Positions 39,220-48,440 of a stretch of DNA of 64,000 nt are shown here, in pieces. The notes below the pieces were generated by a model. The model saw only the letters and a program-made list of their open reading frames with translations. It was not told the DNA's origin and did no database searches. Every line of letters begins with the position of its first letter. The stretch's first letter is position 1. The stretch is from a virus. Its lineage: Duplodnaviria; Caudoviricetes. Location: positions 1,702 to 65,701 of the IMG/VR virus record IMGVR_UViG_3300031415_000002. The stretch is one strand, 5' to 3'. The position numbers were made by a program, and so were the translations under genes.

Positions 39220-39596
39220 CGACCAATGGCTAGAAGCCTACAAAGCAGGCCATGCAGATGCGCAGGCGGAAATCGTGAAGTTTCTGCGGTTGGCGGAAAA
39301 AACTCGGAGGCGGATTACCAATTTTGAGGACATTGCATTTGTTATTGAGCGTGGGGATTATTTGAAATGAAAGATTGGATTTGTGTGTACGGCAAAAATT
39401 GCCCGCCAGAATTAAGCGAAGACGAAGCTATTGATTTGCAACTTTGTGACGGGTCAATTTTTGAAGGAGAGCGCGCCAAGGCATGGCCCTGGGGGTGCAC
39501 ATATGGTTGTTGTGTTGCGGCATATAGGACCAATAAAAAATAACTATTGACGCCACCTTGCCAGCGTGTATGGTGGCGTTGGTTTTTGATGGAGGA

Positions 39597-39956
39597 ATGA
39601 AAATGAAAAACGAAGGTGAAGTGACTTTCTACACGGTAGAAATGAACGGATACAAAGGGACCCGGTGGCACGGCGTCGGCGATATTGTATGGGCTAAAAT
39701 CCCAAGCGAAATCCGACATAAGGATTGTAAGCCGTACAGCGGTAAGGAGGCCGAACCGTTTCATTCTTATAGTGCGAGCGGTGAAGTCTGGCAGACAACC
39801 GGGCATCACGGATGGTTTCATGTTGGTCCAGCAACAGAAGCTATGATGCTTCTTGCGCAATATAATCCGGGCATGGAGTTTCGGGTCGTTCAAGAGCGTC
39901 GAGTTTTTGAGCGTAAGCAAATTGCCAAGCTTGTTATTGATGGTAGCGCAGCATGA
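39597..39956 (+). CDS. Hypothetical protein
   Basis: Follows TTGACG-N16-TATGGT promoter (39547) and GGAGG. Confidence 0.55.
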   Translation: MKMKNEGEVTFYTVEMNGYKGTRWHGVGDIVWAKIPSEIRHKDCKPYSGKEAEPFHSYSASGEVWQTTGHHGWFHVGPATEAMMLLAQYNPGMEFRVVQERRVFERKQIAKLVIDGSAA

Positions 39957-40207
39957 CCACCCACACCTTCACCGCAACCGCAATCCTCCCCTCCGGCGAT
40001 GAACATGAGGTGACGGTGACGTATACCTACCAAGCGGGCTACAAGGGCGACTATTACCAGCTGCCCGAGCCTCCAAGCGTGGAAATCCAGTCCGTGACGC
40101 CCGACGTGGGCGATTGGGATGGCTTGGCGTCTGAGGCCATGCAGGATTATGCCGATTATTTGGCGGATGCGGCTGAGTATCGGGCTGAGATGCAGCGTGA
40201 TTACTAA
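39953..40207 (+). CDS. Acidic hypothetical protein
   Basis: 84 aa, coupled. Confidence 0.55.
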   Translation: MTTHTFTATAILPSGDEHEVTVTYTYQAGYKGDYYQLPEPPSVEIQSVTPDVGDWDGLASEAMQDYADYLADAAEYRAEMQRDY

Positions 40208-40734
40208 ACCCGACCAAATCCGCCAAGCCATCCGCCGCGCGGTAGAGAGCGAGCCGCTTTGGGTGCGAATCCTGGCATACCAGCTTCGGGAAGGCGTGTC
40301 GGATGCGGCTTTGGAGAAACTTCACCGGCTGATAAAATAGTTGTTGACACAGTAAGCTCATCCGCTAAGGTGGTCACACAAACAATGGAGGAAGCGATGA
40401 AGGTCTATCACTATACCAGCCCAGGCGTTGCCAAGCGCGATTTCGCGGGCACTTATTTTGAGTGCCTGAAGTGGATTCAGGCGCAGGATAACCCGCTTGA
40501 GTTTTACATTCGATGATCTGGATATATGGCTTTATGGCTTGGTGCGTCTTATCCGTGCGATTGGGCCTGATCGTGGCCCGCGCTATCCCTAAGGAGTATG
40601 GCGATGATACGGATTGACTATCAGGAACGCGCCTGTTTCACCGATGACCAGTGTCATCACGTCGGCTGGTGGCAGTATGTCACTAGCCAGAAGGACAAGG
40701 TCAAGCGCGAAGCGCGTCGGGCCGGGATTGGACG

Positions 40735-41019
40735 GTGATAACCGTTAGCCACCCCCTGCTGCCACCGGGGAACGCATGGCGCGTGTTCAATTGGGTGTTT
40801 TACCACCCATCCATGGGGCGTGCAGAGGTGCGGCTAGGGTTTGGTGGCACCAACACCGGATTGGAGCAGGACGCTATGCTAATCTTGCTTGAATATCTCG
40901 ACGGCAAAATTAGCGCTGGACCTTTGCCCGCTGAGGTGGCAGCAAAGGTTCTCAAGGGCTTCCGTATCGCTGAGGCGGAGCGGGAGCGGGTTAACTCGGG
41001 CGTTTTGGAGTTGTTCTGA
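40735..41019 (+). CDS. Hypothetical protein
   Basis: 94 aa. Confidence 0.5.
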   Translation: MITVSHPLLPPGNAWRVFNWVFYHPSMGRAEVRLGFGGTNTGLEQDAMLILLEYLDGKISAGPLPAEVAAKVLKGFRIAEAERERVNSGVLELF

Positions 41020-41113
41020 TGGAACGTATTATTGAAGCACTGGATGGCGCTACCGTTTGGGACGCGCTTGGGCTGATGGGGCTTGCGGCTTTGTTTTTGG
41101 TGGGAGTGGTGTT

Positions 41114-41716
41114 GTGATTTGGAGTGATCCTATTGAGGTTGACGGGGTTCGTCCGGCTTGGCTTGGCGGACACTGCGAACGCATTGCCTATAAGTGCAGC
41201 AACGATCCTGAGTGGTTCGGGCCTGTTGATGATATGCCCGACATGTGGTCCGAAAGCGACATTACCCAAAATCCTCCCGGATGGTCGAATGTTGAGGCCA
41301 TCCGCCTCCCCGCCGACCACTTCGCATATCTCGCAATCGCCAAGGGATTTGAGCCCTACGCTGGCACTGGCGAGCCTCTGGACTGGGATGGCACGGATGA
41401 TGTGATTTTGCGCAATGGCAATACCGGGGACGATGTATGCGTTACCAATTGGAATTGGGATAACGCGGGGTACGACATCATCGGCTACAAGCGCAAGCAG
41501 GCCACGGATGGTAGCGATTACGCCAGCGTGAAGCGGATGACAAAATCTGAATTTCATGGCCAACTTATTGCGCTTGGCATGAATGTAGAAGAATGGCTTG
41601 CCCATTCCGGCATTATTTTGCCGCCAACCCAAGCCGAAACCATCGCTATCAAGACCGGCCTAACCGTCGATCAGGTGCAATCCGTATTGAATGAGGTATC
41701 CAATGGCACGCGGTAA
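41114..41716 (+). CDS. Hypothetical protein
   Basis: WSDPIEVDGVRPAW and YDIIGY patterns. Confidence 0.6.
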   Translation: MIWSDPIEVDGVRPAWLGGHCERIAYKCSNDPEWFGPVDDMPDMWSESDITQNPPGWSNVEAIRLPADHFAYLAIAKGFEPYAGTGEPLDWDGTDDVILRNGNTGDDVCVTNWNWDNAGYDIIGYKRKQATDGSDYASVKRMTKSEFHGQLIALGMNVEEWLAHSGIILPPTQAETIAIKTGLTVDQVQSVLNEVSNGTR

Positions 41717-41862
41717 CAATTTCCGAATCATCGCCGCTTCTGGTCACTACCCAGGGTTGACTGCACTTTCCATCGGCGACAAGAAAGAGCTTGTGTCGGT
41801 GGGTACGGGCGCTAAGGTGGAGCGGGCGCTTGAGGCGCGGGCTAAGGCTATGGGAGTTAATA

Positions 41863-42249
41863 ATGGATAATTTGGATGGGTTGATTGAGCGGCTGCGGAC
41901 AACGCGACTGCTATCCCAACGCAACCAGCTTGCTTTGCAGGAAGAAGCCGCCACCACCCTCGAAACCCTCACGCGGGAAAACGCGCGGCTGAGGGAGGCG
42001 GGCTGGCGGGATATCGAAAGCGCGCCGAAGGATGGTAGCGCCTTTCTCGTGTGGGCTGACGGCTTTGAATGGCCCGAGGTGATACGCTGGTACGCTCACG
42101 ATGCTGATCTTGCCGAAGAGGCAGGAGAGGATGACTATTTCCACTATGCGGAAGAGGCCATGCACGACCAATTCGATTGGGAGCACGAGGTCGAATACTG
42201 GATGCCGTTGCCGCCAGCCCCCGCCAAGTCAGATTTGGAGGCAAAGTAA
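41863..42249 (+). CDS. DUF551-like protein
   Basis: WRDIESAPKDGS and YWMPLPPAP. Confidence 0.7.
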   Translation: MDNLDGLIERLRTTRLLSQRNQLALQEEAATTLETLTRENARLREAGWRDIESAPKDGSAFLVWADGFEWPEVIRWYAHDADLAEEAGEDDYFHYAEEAMHDQFDWEHEVEYWMPLPPAPAKSDLEAK

Positions 42250-42525
42250 ATGGTCGCATTCTCCACCATTAAGCCGGGTGACGAGCTTTTTCAGGTCCGT
42301 CGTGTGAAGATGGGCAACACCACCATGAGCCGAGACGCGGTATACTCTGTGGTGATCAAGGAGGTTCATGAACGCCACGCTATGGCATCATGGAACGGAA
42401 ACCCGCCAACTCGCTGGTCTGCTGATCAGATCGCCAAGCTGCGCCGCACTGAGCCCAAGCGTAAGCCGGATATGTTCGAGCGTGCCGCTCTTGCCCGCAA
42501 AGCTCTCGGAGGCGGCGATGAGTAA
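42250..42525 (+). CDS. Hypothetical protein
   Basis: 91 aa, basic. Confidence 0.55.
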   Translation: MVAFSTIKPGDELFQVRRVKMGNTTMSRDAVYSVVIKEVHERHAMASWNGNPPTRWSADQIAKLRRTEPKRKPDMFERAALARKALGGGDE

Positions 42526-42636
42526 GGCATGCCGCGTGGCGAAACTGGAAAACGGCGGGATGCGTACTCGCGTTTGTGACGGTTGGTACGCGACCAAGAC
42601 AGAGGCTCAAAAAGCATGCGACTGGAAGAACAGGCC

Positions 42637-42948
42637 ATGACCAACACCGACGCGAAGATCATGCGGGACCTGCATATTCCGGTGAACGGCTTTTACTTTG
42701 ACCAGATTCTAGCAGGCGAGAAGGTCGAAGAATATAGGCTCAGGACGCCGCACTGGGGGGCGCGGGTTGCGGGCAGGCAATACCGCCATGTCATCCTTAC
42801 TCGCGGATATCCCAAAGGTGGCGGTATCGAAGGAGTTACCCGCCTCACTAGGCCATGGCGCGGGTATACCGAACGCACGATCACGCATCCGCACTTTGGC
42901 GATAAGCCGGTTGCCGTTTACGCGATCTACGTAGGCCCCACCTCATGA
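42637..42948 (+). CDS. ASCH-domain protein
   Basis: LHIPVNGFYFDQILAGEKVEEYR and LTRGYP. Confidence 0.75.
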   Translation: MTNTDAKIMRDLHIPVNGFYFDQILAGEKVEEYRLRTPHWGARVAGRQYRHVILTRGYPKGGGIEGVTRLTRPWRGYTERTITHPHFGDKPVAVYAIYVGPTS

Positions 42949-43169
42949 CCGACCCCACCGAAATCGCGCGCGTCGCGGCTGGGCTGACGAGGGCGCAGAG
43001 GGAGGTGATTGCCCGACAGCAGGGCAGTCATTCCGACGTCATAGACCCGGCCATCTATGATCTGTGGTACTGCATCACCAAGGTTGGCGGCGGGCAGTTT
43101 AAGATCAGCCTGACGCGCTTCGGTCTAGCTATTTATGGCCACATCCTGCGGGAGAAGAGCGGTGGGTGA
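42945..43169 (+). CDS. Hypothetical protein
   Basis: 74 aa, coupled. Confidence 0.5.
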   Translation: MTDPTEIARVAAGLTRAQREVIARQQGSHSDVIDPAIYDLWYCITKVGGGQFKISLTRFGLAIYGHILREKSGG

Positions 43170-43318
43170 GATGGTGTGGTTTGTCGCCGGCCTAGGCGTC
43201 GGTCTGTGTTTTGGCTTGGAGGTCGCGCGGCGGGCATTCCGAGACACGGCAATGCGGCTTGGGCGCAGCAACGAAATCCTGTCGGACGCTATTGAGCGCG
43301 TAGAAAGGGCAGAGAGCC

Positions 43319-43783
43319 ATGACTGACGTGAAGGTCGAGCAGTGCGACAAACAGGCAGCTTTCGCGTTGCTTGTAGGGAAGAAGGTCGGGGGTGGTGATG
43401 GTGACACATATGTCACCCGTTTCCCCAGCTTACAGGAAGTAGAAGCCGCCTTCGCCCGCCACCGCCAAGCAGCCGAGAAGGCGCAACAGGAGCGGGATGC
43501 GGGGATGATCTGGAGAGGCATTGAGAGCGCGCCAAAAGATGGTACAGTAATTATGATATTTGCGCCACAAGGCGGCAGCAATCCAATTCATGTTGGCCGT
43601 TGGGCACCGGATTGGCAAATGCAACGTGATGGGGCCCATGGCCACAGATGGTGCATTGCCGAATATCAAAACCTGGGAAAATGTATCAGCGGTCATCCCA
43701 CCCATTGGATGCCACTTCCTGCGTCACCAGGAGTGTCGGGCTGGACACGCTTGGAGAAGGAGTTTCCGCATGAGTCTGTCTAG
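43319..43783 (+). CDS. DUF551-like protein
   Basis: WRGIESAPKDGT and PTHWMPLPASP. Confidence 0.7.
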   Translation: MTDVKVEQCDKQAAFALLVGKKVGGGDGDTYVTRFPSLQEVEAAFARHRQAAEKAQQERDAGMIWRGIESAPKDGTVIMIFAPQGGSNPIHVGRWAPDWQMQRDGAHGHRWCIAEYQNLGKCISGHPTHWMPLPASPGVSGWTRLEKEFPHESV

Positions 43784-43988
43784 TGGAAAAGCAGCCACCG
43801 ATAACCCGCTGGTCGAGGCCGTGGCGGGGGCAATAGCTTATGCCGAAGGCAATGCCAGTGATAGCGGGATATGGCCTAAGTGGTCCGACTACCGCGATCA
43901 CGCCACCGCCGCCCTCCGCGCGATCGAGGACGCGGGGTACAAAATTATCGTTGACACCGCCGCACCATCCACTAAAACCGACCTATGA
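43770..43988 (+). CDS. Hypothetical protein
   Basis: LVEAVAGAIA and ATAALRAIEDAG. Confidence 0.5.
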   Translation: MSLSSGKAATDNPLVEAVAGAIAYAEGNASDSGIWPKWSDYRDHATAALRAIEDAGYKIIVDTAAPSTKTDL

Positions 43989-44118
43989 AACCATATCAAT
44001 CCCAAATCCCCGGTCGCGGGAATAATATCCCCACGTCACATCTGGCCAAGTTCGGCTTGCGCCAGAAGCGACCAGAACCCGTTACGACAGAGGATATTGA
44101 TAGATTTTTGGAGGAATT

Positions 44119-44466
44119 GTGATGAGCGAAGTTGAAAAGTTTATCGAGCGCTGCGCTGCAAAGGGCGTGGTACATATGCACGTCGATTGGGGAGAAGATG
44201 CGGCAAACGTCACAGCGGAAGAGCGCGCAAAGGCGTTAAACGACGTTGATGATTGGCTTTCCGTGCCTGCGAATGATCTTTCATCGCGACTCCGTGGGCA
44301 AGCATTTTTGTTTTCTGATTCCGCGCGCTGCGCGGAAAAGTTTAATTGCAGGACTTTGGAATTTGACGAAATGAGCCCTCATGAAAAGGCAAAGGCTAAG
44401 AGCGACCAGCGCGTGGCCGATTTGCTTGAAGAGGCCGCTGAATTTATTGAACGGAATTGTAAGTAA
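44119..44466 (+). CDS. Hypothetical protein
   Basis: 115 aa with RBS GAGG. Confidence 0.55.
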   Translation: MMSEVEKFIERCAAKGVVHMHVDWGEDAANVTAEERAKALNDVDDWLSVPANDLSSRLRGQAFLFSDSARCAEKFNCRTLEFDEMSPHEKAKAKSDQRVADLLEEAAEFIERNCK

Positions 44467-44810
44467 TGCCCGCAATGATCGTACAACAAGTCGTATCGGC
44501 CCACGATGGCGACACCTTAACACTTTCAAACGGGATGCGCATCAGGCTTGCTGGCGTTGACGCGGATGAAATGTCGGGCCAGTGCCATCAGGATTGTGCC
44601 CGTTATAATGGACCCACCGCCAAATCCCATCTTGAGCGCCTTGTTCTTCGTCGCACCGTCGCCTGCGAACCGCTGGACCGCTCATACAATCGCATTGTGG
44701 CGCGTTGCACCGTGCAAGGCGTAGATGTGGCCTGTCGGCTGCTTAGGGATGGGATGGCGGTTAAGGTTGAGAGGTATTGGCGGCGCTATAACCTCCCATC
44801 GTGTTACTAG
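44466..44810 (+). CDS. Staphylococcal-nuclease-like (thermonuclease) protein
   Basis: HDGDTLTL, IRLAGVDADE, DRSYNRIVA and LLRDGMA motifs. Confidence 0.85.
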   Translation: MPAMIVQQVVSAHDGDTLTLSNGMRIRLAGVDADEMSGQCHQDCARYNGPTAKSHLERLVLRRTVACEPLDRSYNRIVARCTVQGVDVACRLLRDGMAVKVERYWRRYNLPSCY

Positions 44811-44843
44811 CATCTTGACAATCCATGCGCTATAAAGCGAGGC

Positions 44844-46304
44844 ATGGCAAACAAGATAACCGATAGCGCCGTCAGGCTTTTTGATGGGATGAAAAGCGTC
44901 CTTACTGGCCTTGGCGGTTCGGTTGACGCAAATGCTAGTGCGGGCTGGTACATGCGCCCGCTTAGTCAGCATGACATTGACGCATGTTTTCGCACAAGCT
45001 GGCTAGGACGCAAGGTCCACCAGATTCCCCCGACTGACATGGTACGTCCATGGCGCAAGTGGCTTGCAGACCCTGCGCAAATCACCGCCATCGAGGCCGA
45101 AGAACGTCGCCTGGGTCTACGTCAGAAGGTGCGCAAGGCCCTGTTATGGTCGCGCCTATATGGCGGTTCCGCTATCATTATGGGCGTTGATGGCGATGAT
45201 CCAGCGCAACCGCTAGAGGTTGATCGGGTTCGCAAAGGCGGATTGTCTTATATCCATGTCCTGACCCGCTATGAATTGAATGTTCAGGCCATTGATATGG
45301 ACCCCGGCTCTCGTTTCTATGGCGAGCCGCTATTCTACACGGTCAATGGTGCGGGCCGATCAACCCAACTTCACCCCTCTCGCGTCGTGCGTTTCGTCAA
45401 CGGCGATTTGCCCGATAATGTGGCATTCGGTGAAGCGGGCTGGTCCGATCCATTGCTGGTGAGCATCCGCGACGCACTTATCCACGCCGATGGGGCGCAG
45501 GGGCACTTTGCAGCGCTCCCCGCCAAAGCACTGACCTCCACCCTGACCACTCCGGGGCTTATGGGTCTGGTGTCAACCAAGGCTGGCGAACAGCAGTACA
45601 TTGAAAAGACGCGGATTGCCCAAGCGTTCAAGTCTATGTTCAACCTGAACATCGTCGCTGGACCGGCTCGACAAGGTGAATTGGGCGAAACGTGGGAGGA
45701 TAATCAAGTCTCGTTTGCCAATATGGCAGAGGCGGGCACATGGTTCGTGCAAATGGTTGCCGGTGCTGCCGATGTGCCAATGACGCGGCTCGCTGGCATG
45801 TCCCCAGGAGGCATGAATAGTACAGGCGAAAGCGATTCGGCCAACTACTGGACCATGCTCGACGCAGGCCGCGAACTTGATTTGCGCCCTCGCATGGAAA
45901 TGATTGATGAGGTTTTGCTGCGCTCTGCACTTGGCGAGCGCCCGCAATCTGTCTGGTTTGACTGGCTTCCATTCGAGGTAGATACGGAAACCACGCGCGC
46001 CGAAAACGCCGTTAAGCGCGCCAATGCGATCAAAACTCTAGCCGATAGCCAAGCCGTGCCCAGTGACGTTCTGGAAAAGATTGCCAAGGGTCAGATTATT
46101 GATTCCGGCGACTATCCCGGCGCAGAAGAAGCCTACAAAGAATACGACGCAGCCGGAGAAATCGAGCCTCTGCCCAACGCCAGCGAGCCGGAAAACGATA
46201 ACGAGGTGGAAACAGCCGTTAATCGCTTGACAGCGCAAGGCATGACGACGCAGGATGCGATCAACGAGGTTCGTCGGGTACTGGATAGTCTGGAGACGGA
46301 ATAG
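44844..46304 (+). CDS. Portal protein (DUF1073-type)
   Basis: WLGRKVHQIPPTDMVR, SRLYGGS, HPSRV and GMSPGGMNSTGESD motifs. Confidence 0.88.
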   Translation: MANKITDSAVRLFDGMKSVLTGLGGSVDANASAGWYMRPLSQHDIDACFRTSWLGRKVHQIPPTDMVRPWRKWLADPAQITAIEAEERRLGLRQKVRKALLWSRLYGGSAIIMGVDGDDPAQPLEVDRVRKGGLSYIHVLTRYELNVQAIDMDPGSRFYGEPLFYTVNGAGRSTQLHPSRVVRFVNGDLPDNVAFGEAGWSDPLLVSIRDALIHADGAQGHFAALPAKALTSTLTTPGLMGLVSTKAGEQQYIEKTRIAQAFKSMFNLNIVAGPARQGELGETWEDNQVSFANMAEAGTWFVQMVAGAADVPMTRLAGMSPGGMNSTGESDSANYWTMLDAGRELDLRPRMEMIDEVLLRSALGERPQSVWFDWLPFEVDTETTRAENAVKRANAIKTLADSQAVPSDVLEKIAKGQIIDSGDYPGAEEAYKEYDAAGEIEPLPNASEPENDNEVETAVNRLTAQGMTTQDAINEVRRVLDSLETE

Positions 46305-46352
46305 TGGAAACCATTGGCAACATGTTACGCGAATGCTTCTCCCAAGGATTGA

Positions 46353-46661
46353 TTGGGCTTCTGGATGACAAGCGACCCGAAGAAAGCACTAAGCAGTGGT
46401 TCGAGCGTTTGCGGGCTGTTGATGGTGCCGATGGGTTTGTTAGCTATCACCACGGCATTCACAACGATGACTAAGGTCAAAGACCTCCTCCACGCCGACC
46501 GCATCTTCAAGCTGATGGCCGCTGGTTTATCATTCAAGGATGCCGCCAAGTTGGACCGCGAAAGCGCGGAATTGCTGATTGAGGCATGGGAGATTGCTAT
46601 GGAGGGGTGTGATTGTGAGGATGATGGCGGGGAAGTTATCACCATTATTTACCCGGAATAG
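46353..46661 (+). CDS. Hypothetical protein
   Basis: 102 aa between portal and head gene. Confidence 0.4.
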   Translation: MGFWMTSDPKKALSSGSSVCGLLMVPMGLLAITTAFTTMTKVKDLLHADRIFKLMAAGLSFKDAAKLDRESAELLIEAWEIAMEGCDCEDDGGEVITIIYPE

Positions 46662-46663
46662 TC

Positions 46664-47515
46664 TTGGCCTACAATCTCTCCACCCTAGCCAAGCGCAACA
46701 AAGAATTTCGCGTAATCACGCCTTCCGCTACGATGGAAGGGCAACTCCTGCGCATGTACACCCCAATCATCCAAGGCTGGCGCAATGGCGCTGCCCTGAT
46801 GATGGGAATGTACGCCGCACGCGACACGGATGCGATTGCGCAGGAGGATGAGAACAAGGACAAGGAAATAGCAGCGCTGATCGCTCTTTTGCTGCTAAGG
46901 GGATACTTCACCAAGGTTGAGGCGTGGCACCGCGCTAAGTGGATCGCCAATGTGAAGGCCGCAACTGGCGTTGATGCCACTTGGCTTGTGGCTCAGCCGG
47001 AGTTGGCCGGAGTTGGATTCAGGGCGGCTACGGTTGGCACAGAGCAAGGCGGCATCATGGCGGCTGCTAGGGCGGCACGCACTGCCACAACGCAAGGTGG
47101 CATCACGACCGCTATAAACAACGCCACCGCCTCCGCACTAACCCAAGCCCGGTCCATATCGCAAGACGCGCGCAATCGCATCCAGAACGCCATTGCGGGC
47201 GGGATGCGCGTCAATGCGCCGGTCGAGGACGTAGCGCGTGATATTAATGAGGGCCTGGGCAAAGTCCGCGCTAGGGCGGGGCGGATTGCCGAGAATGAGT
47301 TGGATAATGCCGTTAAGGCCATGACTGATGCGCGGATGGCTGAAGCGGAATTGGATGAGGCGGTTTGGCGTCATTATACGCCAAAAGAGCGTGCGCGCCC
47401 GACGCATTTAGCGAGGCAGGGTATGCGCCTAAAGGCCGATGATCCGCGATGGAATGAGTTGATGCTGCCGTTCTGCCGGTGCCAGAAAAGGCCGGTTTTG
47501 ACGGTTAAGAAATAG
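46664..47515 (+). CDS. Minor head morphogenesis protein (Mu F-like)
   Basis: RARAGRIAENE, WRH, RPTH and PFCRC motifs. Confidence 0.8.
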   Translation: MAYNLSTLAKRNKEFRVITPSATMEGQLLRMYTPIIQGWRNGAALMMGMYAARDTDAIAQEDENKDKEIAALIALLLLRGYFTKVEAWHRAKWIANVKAATGVDATWLVAQPELAGVGFRAATVGTEQGGIMAAARAARTATTQGGITTAINNATASALTQARSISQDARNRIQNAIAGGMRVNAPVEDVARDINEGLGKVRARAGRIAENELDNAVKAMTDARMAEAELDEAVWRHYTPKERARPTHLARQGMRLKADDPRWNELMLPFCRCQKRPVLTVKK

Positions 47516-47700
47516 CCCCAAGGCAACAGACTGACACGGGCAAGAAGGCTCCTTACCAGCCGTAGCTATGCCACGGATCACCTAAGCTTTGCCTTGGGGC
47601 TATTGGCATACTATCGCACCCGGTATGCCAGCGGGCTAGACACCAAACTTAGCGCCAACTTGGGTGGTTCAGACCCTGCCGTCGTTTCCGATCCGGCACG
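47511..47700 (-). ncRNA. Candidate structured non-coding RNA A
   Basis: 16-bp perfect inverted repeat 47511-47526/47589-47604, 8-bp hairpin and GAAA-capped hairpin; no convincing ORF. Confidence 0.4.
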
Positions 47701-47701
47701 C

Positions 47702-48028
47702 TTACTTGGTTGCGATCTCTTCAAACGTTGTGACTACGCCATTGCCAGTAGACGCCGCGATGGCTTCGTCAATCTGCTTTAGCATGTCTTCGGCAAAAAC
47801 CGTTGCTGAGTCAGTAGCTGCATTTTCACGAAAATCAACGACTACATCGCGCGCCTCAATAAGCGCAGCCAAAAGAAGCGGAGCGCTTGCAAAAAGATGA
47901 GCGTTTTCTAGGTCGCGGCCCTTTGCGCTCATCATTCGAGCAATCTTGGTTTTCCCGCCATCAGCAGACACAATAATTGAGCGCTCATCAGCAAAAACGG
48001 CGTATGGACCATCGGTAAAATTGCTCAT
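47702..48028 (-). CDS. Hypothetical protein
   Basis: FTDGPY and NAHLFASAPLLLAAL; RBS AAGGAG. Confidence 0.6.
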   Translation of the reverse strand: MSNFTDGPYAVFADERSIIVSADGGKTKIARMMSAKGRDLENAHLFASAPLLLAALIEARDVVVDFRENAATDSATVFAEDMLKQIDEAIAASTGNGVVTTFEEIATK

Positions 48029-48206
48029 TGTTTCTCTCCTTACTTGGAAAAGTCCTACCCAGATTTACCCCGTTCATATTACGCCAGCGGGGCTTAGCCA
48101 TCATCATGTCGCTTGAACAACGCCATCGGGAGCGGCTATGAGAGACATCTGAGTTGCAAAGCGTGCGGACCAACACAGCCTGGAGAGCGCTGGCAACCGA
48201 AATTGG

Positions 48207-48440
48207 TTAAGAGGTGTAGCGCGCCACGGTCTGGCCAAATCGGTTCATAACAAAAACCGCGCCAAACGGCTCAAAAATGCCTAGCGTCATGGTTTCGCTG
48301 GGCTGGCCAATCACGCCATGCGCCACAATCTCGCCCGTGGCGGGAACAGACTGTTCGCCTTCGGGCGGATAGCGCGTCACGCTTTCAGCCTCAAAAATTC
48401 GTTCGCTGCCATCCGGGCCGCGATGTAGGACGGTAAGCAT
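48207..48440 (-). CDS. Hypothetical protein
   Basis: 77 aa with RBS AGAAGG. Confidence 0.55.
   Translation of the reverse strand: MLTVLHRGPDGSERIFEAESVTRYPPEGEQSVPATGEIVAHGVIGQPSETMTLGIFEPFGAVFVMNRFGQTVARYTS

Noticed and set aside
44844-46304. Anti-CBASS Acb1 reading of the DUF1073 protein
   Set aside because: Size, motifs and position fit a portal; no HxT/HxS 2H-phosphoesterase pair recognised
47660-47710. Pistol-ribozyme-like TAAGCGT-stem-AGGGT
   Set aside because: No upstream P1 or pseudoknot partner found
48043-48100. RNase P-like GAAAAGTCC ... GGGCTTA pairing
   Set aside because: Only about 45 nt apart, on the strand opposite the island's transcription, and other RNase P helices are absent
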